A DNA stretch of 64,000 bases from the NCBI GenBank assembly GCA_049977205.1, contig JBMFGT010000003.1, forward strand, positions 124,438 through 188,437. Reading direction: 5' to 3'. The notes under the pieces were generated by a model, which did not search any database, was not told the origin of the DNA, and saw only the letters and a program-made list of their open reading frames with translations. Made by a program: the position numbers and the translations under genes. Below, piece after piece: positions 41,110 through 49,462 of the stretch. Source of the stretch: Acidobacteriaceae bacterium (GTDB lineage Bacteria > Acidobacteriota > Terriglobia > Terriglobales > Acidobacteriaceae). How positions within the stretch are numbered: position 1 is the first letter of the stretch; every line of letters begins with the position of its first letter.

Positions 41110-42030
41110 TTAGGCCGTTGCGACAACCGGCGCGACGGCCGGGCGCGGACTGACCGGCGCGGTATCGCTGGCGGGAAGGTGCACCAGCTCCCATGCGGAG
41201 TGGTCGCGCAGCAGACGGGAGACCAGCGCCGTGTGCATGGCGTGTCCGGCGCGCTCGGCCACCACATGGCCCTGGATTTGACGGCCTGCCAGGGCCAGGT
41301 CGCCAATCAGGTCCAGCACCTTGTGGCGCACAAATTCGTTGGGAAAACGCAGCGGCCCATTCACCACGCCGGAACGGGTGAGGATGATGGCGTTTTCCTC
41401 GGATGCCCCGCGAATCAGGCCCATATTGCGCAGGTCCTGCTCGTCTTCCCGGAAGCCAAAGGTGCGGGCAGCGGCGATCTCTGAGGCATAGGCCCCGGTG
41501 TTCAGGTCAAGCTGAAAGGACTGCTGGCCGATGGGAGATGGGAAGTCAATGGCGTAGGAGATACTGTATCCCTCTCCCGGATAAATGCCGATGAATTTCC
41601 CGTTCTCATGCACCTCAATGCTTTTGCGGATGCGGAGATGTTCGCGGCGGCGGCGCTGCGCCTCCAGCCCTACGGACTGGAAGACCTCAACATACGGCCA
41701 GGCGCTGCCGTCCAGAATAGGCAGCTCCAGGTTGTCGACCTCAACGATGACGTTGTCCACGCCAAAGCCAATGAGCGCGGAGAGCAGGTGTTCGGTGGTG
41801 GAGATCAGCACACCCTGTCGCATCAGGCTGGTGGCGTAGCTCACCTTGGCCACGTTGCGCCCTGTGGCGGATATCTCAAAATTGTCCAGGTCCGTGCGGC
41901 GGAAGAGAATGCCTGCGCCAGCAGGGGCCGGAAGCAGGCGCATCTGCACCTGGACGCCACTGTGCAGGCCAATGCCGTGGAACTCGACGGCCTCGCGAAT
42001 GGTCTGCTCGAATTGCAAACGATGGGCCAC
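41110..42030 (-). CDS. lpxC: UDP-3-O-acyl-N-acetylglucosamine deacetylase
   Basis: Start chosen at GTG 42030 (M/VAHRLQFEQTIRE...), 306 aa. It has GIGLHSG, TTEHLLSAL, ILDGSA and HKVLDLIGDL motifs. Confidence 0.9.
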   Translation of the reverse strand: MAHRLQFEQTIREAVEFHGIGLHSGVQVQMRLLPAPAGAGILFRRTDLDNFEISATGRNVAKVSYATSLMRQGVLISTTEHLLSALIGFGVDNVIVEVDNLELPILDGSAWPYVEVFQSVGLEAQRRRREHLRIRKSIEVHENGKFIGIYPGEGYSISYAIDFPSPIGQQSFQLDLNTGAYASEIAAARTFGFREDEQDLRNMGLIRGASEENAIILTRSGVVNGPLRFPNEFVRHKVLDLIGDLALAGRQIQGHVVAERAGHAMHTALVSRLLRDHSAWELVHLPASDTAPVSPRPAVAPVVATA

Positions 42031-42183
42031 AGATTTGCTTCCGTTTCCGGTAACGAGGATGATGATACATGGCAAAAGAAAGATTGTAGTGTGGTGAATT
42101 TGCAACAAACTGTGCGCCTAAGGGCGTGCCCAAGGCCAGGAAAAGACGCTGAAAGACCCAAAATACCGCAAAAGAGGCATTCC

Positions 42184-43353
42184 ATGGACATCGAACCTAG
42201 AAAATTGCTGCAAGCGGCGCGCGCCGGGCAAAACGGACTGCTGCAACGGCTGGAGGCACTGGTGCGGACCGAGTCCCCCAGCGAAAACAAGGCCGCCGTA
42301 GACCAGGCCAGCCATCTGGTCGCCGCCTGGATGAGCGAGCTGGGGGGCCGTGTCCGTTGGCACAAGCAACGCAACGTCGGCGACCTGCTGGAGGTGCGCT
42401 TTGCCGCGCAAACACGGCAAAAGGGCCTGCGTCCAGTGATGCTGCTGGGGCATTTAGACACGGTATGGCCCATGGGAACGCTGGCGCAGATGCCCTTTCG
42501 TATCCAGGGCGGCAAGGCCTTGGGGCCTGGAGTTTATGACATGAAAGCGGGCGCGGTGATGGCGGTGGAGGCGTTGCGCATCCTGCTGGAAGCGGGAGCA
42601 TTGGCCACGCCAGTCGTGGTGCTGTTGAACTCCGAGGAGGAGATTGGCAGCCCCTGTTCCCGCGCGGTGACGGAAAAGCTGGCGCAGGAGTGCTCCGCGG
42701 TCTTTGTGCTGGAACCGGCGCAGGGGCCGCAGGGGGCCTACAAGACAGCGCGCAAGGGCGTGGGGCAGTTCCAACTGCGCGTGCAGGGCGTGGCCGCACA
42801 CAGCGGCGTGGATTTCGACAAGGGACACAGCGCGATCGTCGAACTGGCAGGACTGATTGCGCAGGTGGACAGGTTCACTGACCTCAAACGTGGGTTGACG
42901 GTCAATCCCGGCGTGATTGCGGGCGGCACACGCTCCAACGTGGTGGCCGCCGGGGCGCTGGCCGAAGTGGATGTGCGCATTGCCCGCAGCCAAGACGCCG
43001 CGCGCGTAGAGCGGCTGTTCCGCGGCCTGCGGGTGCGGGACAAAGGCTGCCAATTGCAGGTGACGGGCGGCATCAACCGGCCACCCATGGAACGGACAAA
43101 GGGCACGGCGCGGCTTTTCTTGCGGGCACAAGCGCTGGCGCGTGGGATGGGACTGGACTTGGAAGGGGCCAGCAGCGGCGGCGGTTCGGACGGCAACTTT
43201 ACGGCGGCGCTGGGCGTGCCTACGCTGGACGGGATGGGCGCGGTGGGGGAAGGCGCGCACGCGGAGCACGAATCCATCGTGTTGCGGCACTTGCCTGTAA
43301 GGACAGCGCTGCTGGCCGCCATGGTCGCTGGCCATGCGCAAAATAATATGTAA
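42184..43353 (+). CDS. M20-family metallopeptidase (carboxypeptidase G2 / glutamate carboxypeptidase-like)
   Basis: Trimmed to MDIEPRKLL... (389 aa). It has GHLDTVWP, GVYDMKAG, NSEEEIGS and GEGAHAEHE motifs. Confidence 0.82.
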   Translation: MDIEPRKLLQAARAGQNGLLQRLEALVRTESPSENKAAVDQASHLVAAWMSELGGRVRWHKQRNVGDLLEVRFAAQTRQKGLRPVMLLGHLDTVWPMGTLAQMPFRIQGGKALGPGVYDMKAGAVMAVEALRILLEAGALATPVVVLLNSEEEIGSPCSRAVTEKLAQECSAVFVLEPAQGPQGAYKTARKGVGQFQLRVQGVAAHSGVDFDKGHSAIVELAGLIAQVDRFTDLKRGLTVNPGVIAGGTRSNVVAAGALAEVDVRIARSQDAARVERLFRGLRVRDKGCQLQVTGGINRPPMERTKGTARLFLRAQALARGMGLDLEGASSGGGSDGNFTAALGVPTLDGMGAVGEGAHAEHESIVLRHLPVRTALLAAMVAGHAQNNM

Positions 43354-43371
43354 CAAATTCTGTTACATATT
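43345..43371. repeat. perfect AT-rich palindrome AATATGTAACA-N5-TGTTACATATT
   Basis: 11-bp arms. It spans the stop codon of the M20 peptidase gene and is very AT-rich compared with the flanks. Confidence 0.8.
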
Positions 43372-43428
43372 GGGCGTTCTTCGTGCTTCCCTGGGGCCAC
43401 GCGCCAACAGCACAGGCAGCGCGCAGGC

Positions 43429-43455
43429 AATATGTAACTGGCATGGTTGCATATT
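43429..43455. repeat. second palindrome sharing the half-site AATATGTAAC (N7 spacer, one mismatch)
   Basis: AATATGTAAC-TGGCATG-GTTGCATATT, 58 nt downstream of the first palindrome. Confidence 0.75.
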
Positions 43456-43568
43456 CGACATCTATAGGGCAACCATCGGGGCGTTGCGCGAAACAAGCAC
43501 GCCCGCAGCCTTCCCGCAGAAAACGGCCCGCACCGGACGCACTCTACCCAAAAGCAGGGACATTTCCC

Positions 43569-45008
43569 CTATGCCAGGTTGGATGGCGGTCCCGATTGGT
43601 CGCGGTCGAGGGCGCGCTTCAGCACGACCTCCAACGCGGCCTTTTGCTGGTCATATTCCTCCTGCGGCAGACGGCCCTCCAGGCGCTCTGTCTCCAGCGC
43701 AAAGAGTTCTTCCTTCAGCACGGCCAGCAGCGCAGGGCCTTTGCCCGCGCCTGTTGCTGCCCCCACCGGGGGAGATGTCCCGCCGCTGCGCCCCGTAGTG
43801 ACCGTTGGCAAAAGGGCTGAAGGCGTAGAAGTCCCCGTAGCTTGTCGTGCGGCGCCACCTGCAGGTTGCGCCGCGGTCTGGCGCAACAAGGCCCCGGCCC
43901 CGGCAGCCAGCAGGGCGCCCAGTCCGCCCAGTATCCACCACTTGTACTTGTCCAGTGGGGTGGGCGTATCGATGGGCGCGCCCAGCCCGCCGCCGGGCGC
44001 TGCATTCGCACCCTCTGCCGAGGCGCCACCCTGGTCCGCACCTGCCGTGCCTTGCTGCCCACCCTGGCCGGTGTCTGCCTCTTCCGGTATCTGTCCGCTG
44101 CCCGTCACCTTAAATTCCAACTTCGCGCCCGGCCCCAGGTTGCGGGCCAGGAATGTCTGCGCGTGGGGGTCTTCATCCACAGACTGGAAGGCCGCTGCCT
44201 GGGTGGGCGCAAACTGCATACTCTTGGGCAACATGATGGCCAGATTGTCCGTCTTCATGGTGGTCTTCTGCGTAAAGGTCAACGCACCGGAGTAGGGCAG
44301 GTGGTAGCTGATCTGGAAGCGCGAATCCCCGGGACGCAGGGGGAATTGAAAGGTGTAATGGTTGGCTTCGTGCAGCGGCACTGGGTCCGCCTGCACTGGT
44401 AGGGCCCCTGGCCCCGGCCCCAGGGCAATGGAGCCAATGATCTGCGCCCCGGCAGGCAGGTAAAAATCGAAGGGGTGGTCGCCCACCTGGGTGCGCGGCG
44501 GCGCGGAAGCGTTCTTGACGAAAAAGCTCTCAATCACGCGCAGGCCGGAGCTGTCGGTGTCAATGCGCAGCACGTCGGCCTCCATGCTGATGCCCTCCAC
44601 CTTGGGGGCCGCGTCGTATACGTCCACATTCACCGTTGGCGTACCGGGGGCCACGGCCTGGAAATAATTGGCCTTCTGGTGGGTCACGCGCACCAGGTGC
44701 ATGCTGTCGCTGTCAGAAATGTCCAGCGTGTAATGGCCATTGGCGTCGGTCGTGGTGCGGCCAGATTCCTGCATGTTCTGTTGCGGTCGGACCAGCACCA
44801 CGGTGTCTCCCGCGGACGGCCGGTTGGTGGTGCGGTCGGTGACGGTCCCCGTGATGGGGACGGCCAGCGCCAGGGCCGTCGTCAGCATGGAAAACAGAAA
44901 CAAAGACGCGGCAAAAAAGCGCCCGCGCCGCGTGGTCGCCAGCGCCGCGCGTGCTGCCATTGGCGCGGTAGAGGACATCTCGGATGGATACATATTTTGT
45001 AGGTGCAT
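43569..45008 (-). CDS. secreted carboxypeptidase-regulatory-like beta-sandwich protein with a C-terminal TM and a CcmI-type cytoplasmic helix
   Basis: Signal/anchor, then VPITGTVTDRTTNRPSAGDTVVLV...DANGHYTLDI. A TM follows (WWILGGLGALLAAGAGALL). The C-terminus is LKEELFALETERLEGRLPQEEYDQQKAALEVVLKRAL. It is the last gene of the ccm operon. Confidence 0.65.
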   Translation of the reverse strand: MHLQNMYPSEMSSTAPMAARAALATTRRGRFFAASLFLFSMLTTALALAVPITGTVTDRTTNRPSAGDTVVLVRPQQNMQESGRTTTDANGHYTLDISDSDSMHLVRVTHQKANYFQAVAPGTPTVNVDVYDAAPKVEGISMEADVLRIDTDSSGLRVIESFFVKNASAPPRTQVGDHPFDFYLPAGAQIIGSIALGPGPGALPVQADPVPLHEANHYTFQFPLRPGDSRFQISYHLPYSGALTFTQKTTMKTDNLAIMLPKSMQFAPTQAAAFQSVDEDPHAQTFLARNLGPGAKLEFKVTGSGQIPEEADTGQGGQQGTAGADQGGASAEGANAAPGGGLGAPIDTPTPLDKYKWWILGGLGALLAAGAGALLRQTAAQPAGGAARQATGTSTPSALLPTVTTGRSGGTSPPVGAATGAGKGPALLAVLKEELFALETERLEGRLPQEEYDQQKAALEVVLKRALDRDQSGPPSNLA

Positions 45009-45040
45009 GATTGGTGGTGACTTTCTTTCCCAGTGGCCTT

Positions 45041-45340
45041 TCAGGCAACTGTGGGGCCGGACTGTTGCATGGACGCCAGCACTTCGATCTCTGCCAAAAT
45101 CTCCGCTGCTTCATTTTCCAACAGGGCGCGCTGCGCCTGGTAGTCCGCTTCCGGGTGCTTCCCGGCGCTGTAATCAAAGTTCAGGTCGCGCAGGCCCTCG
45201 TAGACCACTTCCTTGCGCTCCTGCAAATACTCCAGCCGGGTCTTTTGGTGCTGCTCCTCGGCCCCGGATGGAAGATAAAAAATGTAGACAAAAACGCCCA
45301 CCAGCAGGGCGGCGCAGGCCCACAACGAAATGGCCGTCAT
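45041..45340 (-). CDS. small CcmI N-terminal-domain-like protein (TM plus cytoplasmic helix only)
   Basis: 99 aa. A TM is followed by LEYLQERKEVVYEGLRDLNFDYSAGKHPEADYQAQRALLENEAAEIL. The start overlaps the ccmH stop. Confidence 0.55.
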   Translation of the reverse strand: MTAISLWACAALLVGVFVYIFYLPSGAEEQHQKTRLEYLQERKEVVYEGLRDLNFDYSAGKHPEADYQAQRALLENEAAEILAEIEVLASMQQSGPTVA

Positions 45341-45822
45341 AACTCTGTCTCCTTGCGTATACGTTCGCGCATGGCCTCCATGCGGGGGCCTGTCACCTTG
45401 GCCAAAGGTGTGACCGCGCGTTGTTTCCAGTGCCGCACCAGCAGCGCGGTGGCCAGCGTGGCCAACACAAAAATGGCCCCCGGCGTGACCCAGGCCACCA
45501 CGCCAAAACCAGAGCGCTGCGGCGCGGCCAACACGGTGGGGCCATATTTCTGCACGAAACCCTGCAAGATCAGGTCATCGTTGCCGCCACGGTCCAAGGC
45601 CGCCTGAAGTTCGTTGCGCATCTGCGTGGAAACGGTGCAGCCAACATGGTTGCATTCCAGCAGCACCTGGTTGCAGCCGCAGGTACACATCAAGCGGTGC
45701 CCCAGATCGTTGAAGCGGGCCGCGTTATCGCCCGCGCCCACGGTGGCCATCAGCAGCAGGCTGGCCAGCGCAATCTGCGCCCAGAGGCGCAGCATCTCGC
45801 GGTCCAATGGTCTGCGCATCAA
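45337..45822 (-). CDS. ccmH: cytochrome c-type biogenesis protein CcmH (CycL)
   Basis: 161 aa with the LMCTCGC (L-R/M-C-x-x-C) motif, a C-terminal TM, and overlap with the ccmF stop. Confidence 0.8.
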   Translation of the reverse strand: MMRRPLDREMLRLWAQIALASLLLMATVGAGDNAARFNDLGHRLMCTCGCNQVLLECNHVGCTVSTQMRNELQAALDRGGNDDLILQGFVQKYGPTVLAAPQRSGFGVVAWVTPGAIFVLATLATALLVRHWKQRAVTPLAKVTGPRMEAMRERIRKETEL

Positions 45823-47885
45823 TCGCCCCCGCCCGGCGCCTGTGCCAGTGCTTCCTCATCTTTGGCCACGACCGTCGCGCGCGCCCGGCTGGCGGCCAGT
45901 GCGGCCTCCATGTTTGGCGTCAGCGCGATAAAGGTCCCCACCACCATGACCACGACGCCAATCCATATCCACGCCATCAACGGATTGATGAAGACCTTGA
46001 TGACGGGTTTGTCCGTCTCCTGGCTCCGCCCTTCATAGACGATGTACAGGTCCTGCTCCAGCGTGGAGTGGTTGGCCACAATGGTGGAAACCTGCTGGCT
46101 GGCCGGATAGAAACGCCGTTCCGGGGCCATCTGGCCAATGTAGTGGTTGCCCCGGTACACGTCCAGCAGGGCATACTCACTGTCATAATTTGGATTGGAG
46201 TCCTGGGTGTTGCTCTGGCAGACCAGCCGGTACGGGCCAATGGTCATGGTGTCGTGGAAGCCCATCTCCTGCTCCTTCGATTGGTCAAAGGCCCCTCCGG
46301 CGATCCCAATAAAGACCAGGACCACGCCCAGATGCACGATGTAGCCCCCGTAGCGGCGCGTATTGCGATGGATGAGCTGCACCACGGAGAACAGGATGTT
46401 TTGCCCGGTATGGCGTTGGATGACGCGCGCCCCGCGCAGGAACTCCGCCAGTACCGCCGTGGCCACCGCGGCCCCTAGCGAAAAGGCCACCAGCGAGTAG
46501 AAAGTCGCCTGGTCCTGCCACGGGTGCATACCGAAAAGCACCAGGGCCACTGCCGTGGCCACGCCTACAACCGCCGGAAGAATGAAGTTGCGCCGCACGC
46601 TCTGTAGCGAAGTGCTGCGCCAGGCCAGCACCGGCCCCACGCCTGTCAGGAACAAAAGGAACAACCCAATGGGCAGCGCCACGCGATTGTAAAACGGTGC
46701 GCCCACCGTCACTTTGCTGCCCTGCACGTATTCCGACAGCACCGGGAAGAGCGTCCCCCAAAGGATGGTGAAACAGGCCGCCAGCAGCACCAGATTGTTG
46801 AACAGGAAGCTGGACTCGCGTGAGACCAGGGACTCCAGCCGGTGCTCCACCTGCAAATGGTCGCGCTGGCGGAAATAGGTAAACAGGCAGACGCAGAAAA
46901 CAATCACCAGAAAGGCCACAAACCAGTTGCCTATGGAAGACTGCGCGAAGGCATGGACGGAACTGACAATGCCGGAGCGCGTCAGCAATGTGCCCAGGAT
47001 TGACAGCATGAAGGTGGTGAAGATCAGCCACACGTTCCAGGTCTTCATCATGCCGCGTTTTTCCTGCATCATCACGGAGTGCAGGAACGCCGTGCCGGTC
47101 AGCCAGGGCAGCAGCGAGGCGTTCTCCACCGGGTCCCATCCCCAGTAGCCGCCCCAGCCCAGCACGGCATAGGCCCAGTGCGCGCCCAGGAAAATGCCGC
47201 AGGTCAAAAACAGCCACGTCACCATGGTCCAGCGGCGCGTGATCTGGATCCATTTTTCGCCCGGATAGCGCATCATCAACGCGCCCAGCGCAAAGGCAAA
47301 GGGCACGCTGAAGCCCACATAGCCCAGATACAGCATGGGCGGATGGATGACCATCTCTGGATATTGCAACAGCGGGTTCAGACCGTTGCCATCCGGGGGC
47401 ACCGCGCCCTGCACCAGGGCAAAGGGCGGGGCCACAAAATTCAGCAGCATCACAAAAAAGACCTGGATGCCGGCCAGAATGGTGGATGCGTAGGCGGTCA
47501 GCTTCACGTCCACCTTGTGCCGCACGCGCAGCACAAAGCCGTAGCCCGCCAACAGCCATGCCCACAACAGCAGCGAACCTTCCTGCCCGGCCCACAATGC
47601 GGAAAATTTATACGGCCCCGGCAGGGCGCGGTTGGAGTGTTCCAGGATGTACGCAACAGAAAAATCGTTGGTAAAGGCGCACCAGATCAAAGCAAAGGCC
47701 GCCGCTGAAATGGCCACAAAACTGGCAATGCCGGCCCGCCGTGCTGTTTCCGCCAGCCGCTCCGGGGCAAAACGTCGGCCCCCGCCGGTCTCCATCTGGC
47801 GCAACGCCACCGCGCCTGCAAGCAGGTTGTAGACGCCCAGCACCAGCGCCAAAAGAAGTGCGAAACTGCCAAATGTCGGCATCAA
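45819..47885 (-). CDS. ccmF: cytochrome c heme lyase subunit CcmF
   Basis: 688 aa, polytopic, with the WGGYWGWDPVEN tryptophan-rich motif. Confidence 0.92.
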   Translation of the reverse strand: MMPTFGSFALLLALVLGVYNLLAGAVALRQMETGGGRRFAPERLAETARRAGIASFVAISAAAFALIWCAFTNDFSVAYILEHSNRALPGPYKFSALWAGQEGSLLLWAWLLAGYGFVLRVRHKVDVKLTAYASTILAGIQVFFVMLLNFVAPPFALVQGAVPPDGNGLNPLLQYPEMVIHPPMLYLGYVGFSVPFAFALGALMMRYPGEKWIQITRRWTMVTWLFLTCGIFLGAHWAYAVLGWGGYWGWDPVENASLLPWLTGTAFLHSVMMQEKRGMMKTWNVWLIFTTFMLSILGTLLTRSGIVSSVHAFAQSSIGNWFVAFLVIVFCVCLFTYFRQRDHLQVEHRLESLVSRESSFLFNNLVLLAACFTILWGTLFPVLSEYVQGSKVTVGAPFYNRVALPIGLFLLFLTGVGPVLAWRSTSLQSVRRNFILPAVVGVATAVALVLFGMHPWQDQATFYSLVAFSLGAAVATAVLAEFLRGARVIQRHTGQNILFSVVQLIHRNTRRYGGYIVHLGVVLVFIGIAGGAFDQSKEQEMGFHDTMTIGPYRLVCQSNTQDSNPNYDSEYALLDVYRGNHYIGQMAPERRFYPASQQVSTIVANHSTLEQDLYIVYEGRSQETDKPVIKVFINPLMAWIWIGVVVMVVGTFIALTPNMEAALAASRARATVVAKDEEALAQAPGGGD

Positions 47886-48066
47886 TAGACCTCTTCATTG
47901 TTGCAGATTGCCCAGGCCCCTGCAATCAGCGTCTGCTACGGCATCCTTATATTGGCCAAGCGTGCGGGAGGATGGCCAGGACGGTCCAGACAGCCAAAAA
48001 TTTCTGCGTGCCCTGTATCGCCATAGGCGTGTACCATAAGAATGTGCGAGAGAGGGCCATCCAGGT

Positions 48067-48082
48067 TGTGACTCCTGTCACA
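48067..48082. promoter_or_regulatory. perfect CRP/FNR-family operator TGTGA-N6-TCACA
   Basis: The sequence ttGTGACtcctGTCACac lies in the 306-nt divergent ccmF / radical-SAM intergenic region. The centre is at 48074.5. Confidence 0.55.
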
Positions 48083-48104
48083 CAATAGCACATTTAAGTG
48101 CATT

Positions 48105-48110
48105 TATACT
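48105..48110 (+). promoter_or_regulatory. candidate -10 hexamer TATACT
   Basis: It starts 30.5 bp from the operator centre, close to class II geometry, and 82 nt upstream of ATG 48192. Confidence 0.4.
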
Positions 48111-48191
48111 AAGGGTTCGCAGTCCTTCGCAGCGTCCATGGCAGCACCGTCCGCTGCATGGTCCGCAACAAGAAACACACGAGGTCCCCTG

Positions 48192-49412
48192 ATGGAAACC
48201 GCCCGTCATATCCAGTCGATCCGCCGCCCGTCCTACGACGTGGCCGACCGACCTTTTATTTTGTTTTGGGAGGTGACACGCGCCTGCGACCTGGCCTGTA
48301 AGCACTGCCGTGCAGAAGCTGCGCCCATCTGCCATCCCGAAGAACTGACCAACGCGGAAGGGCACGCCCTGATTGACCAGGTCGCGGCCTTTGGCCAGCC
48401 ATCGCCGCTGATGGTAATGACGGGGGGCGACCCCATGAAGCGCCCGGACCTGCCGGAACTGGTCTCCTATGCCGTCTCGCAGCACCTGGCCGTGGCCCTG
48501 TCACCTTCGGCCACGCCATTGCTGACGCCGGAGGCGCTCGCCATGCTCAAGAACGCAGGACTCAAGGTGATTTCCCTCAGCCTGGACGGGGCCAGCGCCG
48601 CCACCCACGATACCTTCCGGGGCGTGGAGGGGGTCTTCGACCGCACCCTGAAACTCTGGCAGGCGGCCCTCAGCCTGGGACTGAAGGTGCAGATCAACAC
48701 CACGGTTTCGCGCACCAACCTAACGGACCTGCCCCAGATTGCCCACCTTATCCGCCTCTATGGCGCCATGACGTGGAGTGTCTTCTTCCTGGTCCCCACG
48801 GGCCGCGGCTCCGTGCTGGAACCGATCACCGCCGACGAATGCGAAGACGTGATGCACTTCCTGTACGACGTGGGCACGGCCATCCCCGTAAAAACGACGG
48901 AAGGGCACCACTTCAAGCGGGTGGTGGCGGAACGTACCATCCTGGAACAGCGCGGCCTGGATGCTGCGAAGTTCCTGCACCACGGCCCCACATATTACGC
49001 GCTGCGCAAGGCGCTGGAGCCTTGGCCAAAGGGCGAGAAACGCCGTCGCAGCCCCATGGACGTGAATGTTGGGCGCGGCGTGGTCTTCATCTCCCACGTG
49101 GGCAAGGTGTATCCCGGCGGGTTTCTGCCGCTGGTCGCCGGGGACTTCCGCGAGGCGGGTCTCCAGGAAATCTATCGCACCAGTCCGCTCTTTCTTACCC
49201 TGCGCGAGACCTCCTCGTACTCTGGGCGTTGCGGCAGGTGCGAATTTGCCTCCATTTGCGGCGGGTCCCGTTCCCGCGCCTATGGCGCCACCGGCGACCC
49301 CTTGGCGGAAGACCCCCTCTGCGCCTATCAGCCGGGAAGTTTTCCTTTCCTGGAGGATGTGCGGCAGTTGATTGTCAACGAGTCCAGCGCACCTGTCATG
49401 GCGGCCCATTGA
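48192..49412 (+). CDS. radical SAM / SPASM(twitch)-domain enzyme, AhbD/NirJ-like
   Basis: Trimmed to METARHIQ..., with GAGG upstream. It has CDLACKHC (CX3CX2C, 48285-48308), the GGDP motif and a C-terminal Cys cluster, CGRCEFASIC...C. Confidence 0.8.
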   Translation: METARHIQSIRRPSYDVADRPFILFWEVTRACDLACKHCRAEAAPICHPEELTNAEGHALIDQVAAFGQPSPLMVMTGGDPMKRPDLPELVSYAVSQHLAVALSPSATPLLTPEALAMLKNAGLKVISLSLDGASAATHDTFRGVEGVFDRTLKLWQAALSLGLKVQINTTVSRTNLTDLPQIAHLIRLYGAMTWSVFFLVPTGRGSVLEPITADECEDVMHFLYDVGTAIPVKTTEGHHFKRVVAERTILEQRGLDAAKFLHHGPTYYALRKALEPWPKGEKRRRSPMDVNVGRGVVFISHVGKVYPGGFLPLVAGDFREAGLQEIYRTSPLFLTLRETSSYSGRCGRCEFASICGGSRSRAYGATGDPLAEDPLCAYQPGSFPFLEDVRQLIVNESSAPVMAAH

Positions 49413-49462
49413 AGAGAGATGCCACACGGCTGGGACGAAATCGCTGGAAGAAATAGATTGCA

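Noticed and set aside
43345-43371. Possible dif (XerCD) site
   Set aside because: The palindrome has 11-bp arms but a 5-nt spacer. The inner arm sequence (AACA/TGTT) does not match the conserved ATAA-N6-TTAT core of dif sites as I remember them.
48111-48138. tRNA-like 3' end: AAGGG-TTCGCAG-TCCTT T-arm followed by CGCAGCG-T-CCA
   Set aside because: No complementary 5' acceptor strand (CGCTGCG) is present ~70 nt upstream. The T-loop has C instead of the invariant A58. No D-arm or anticodon arm could be drawn.
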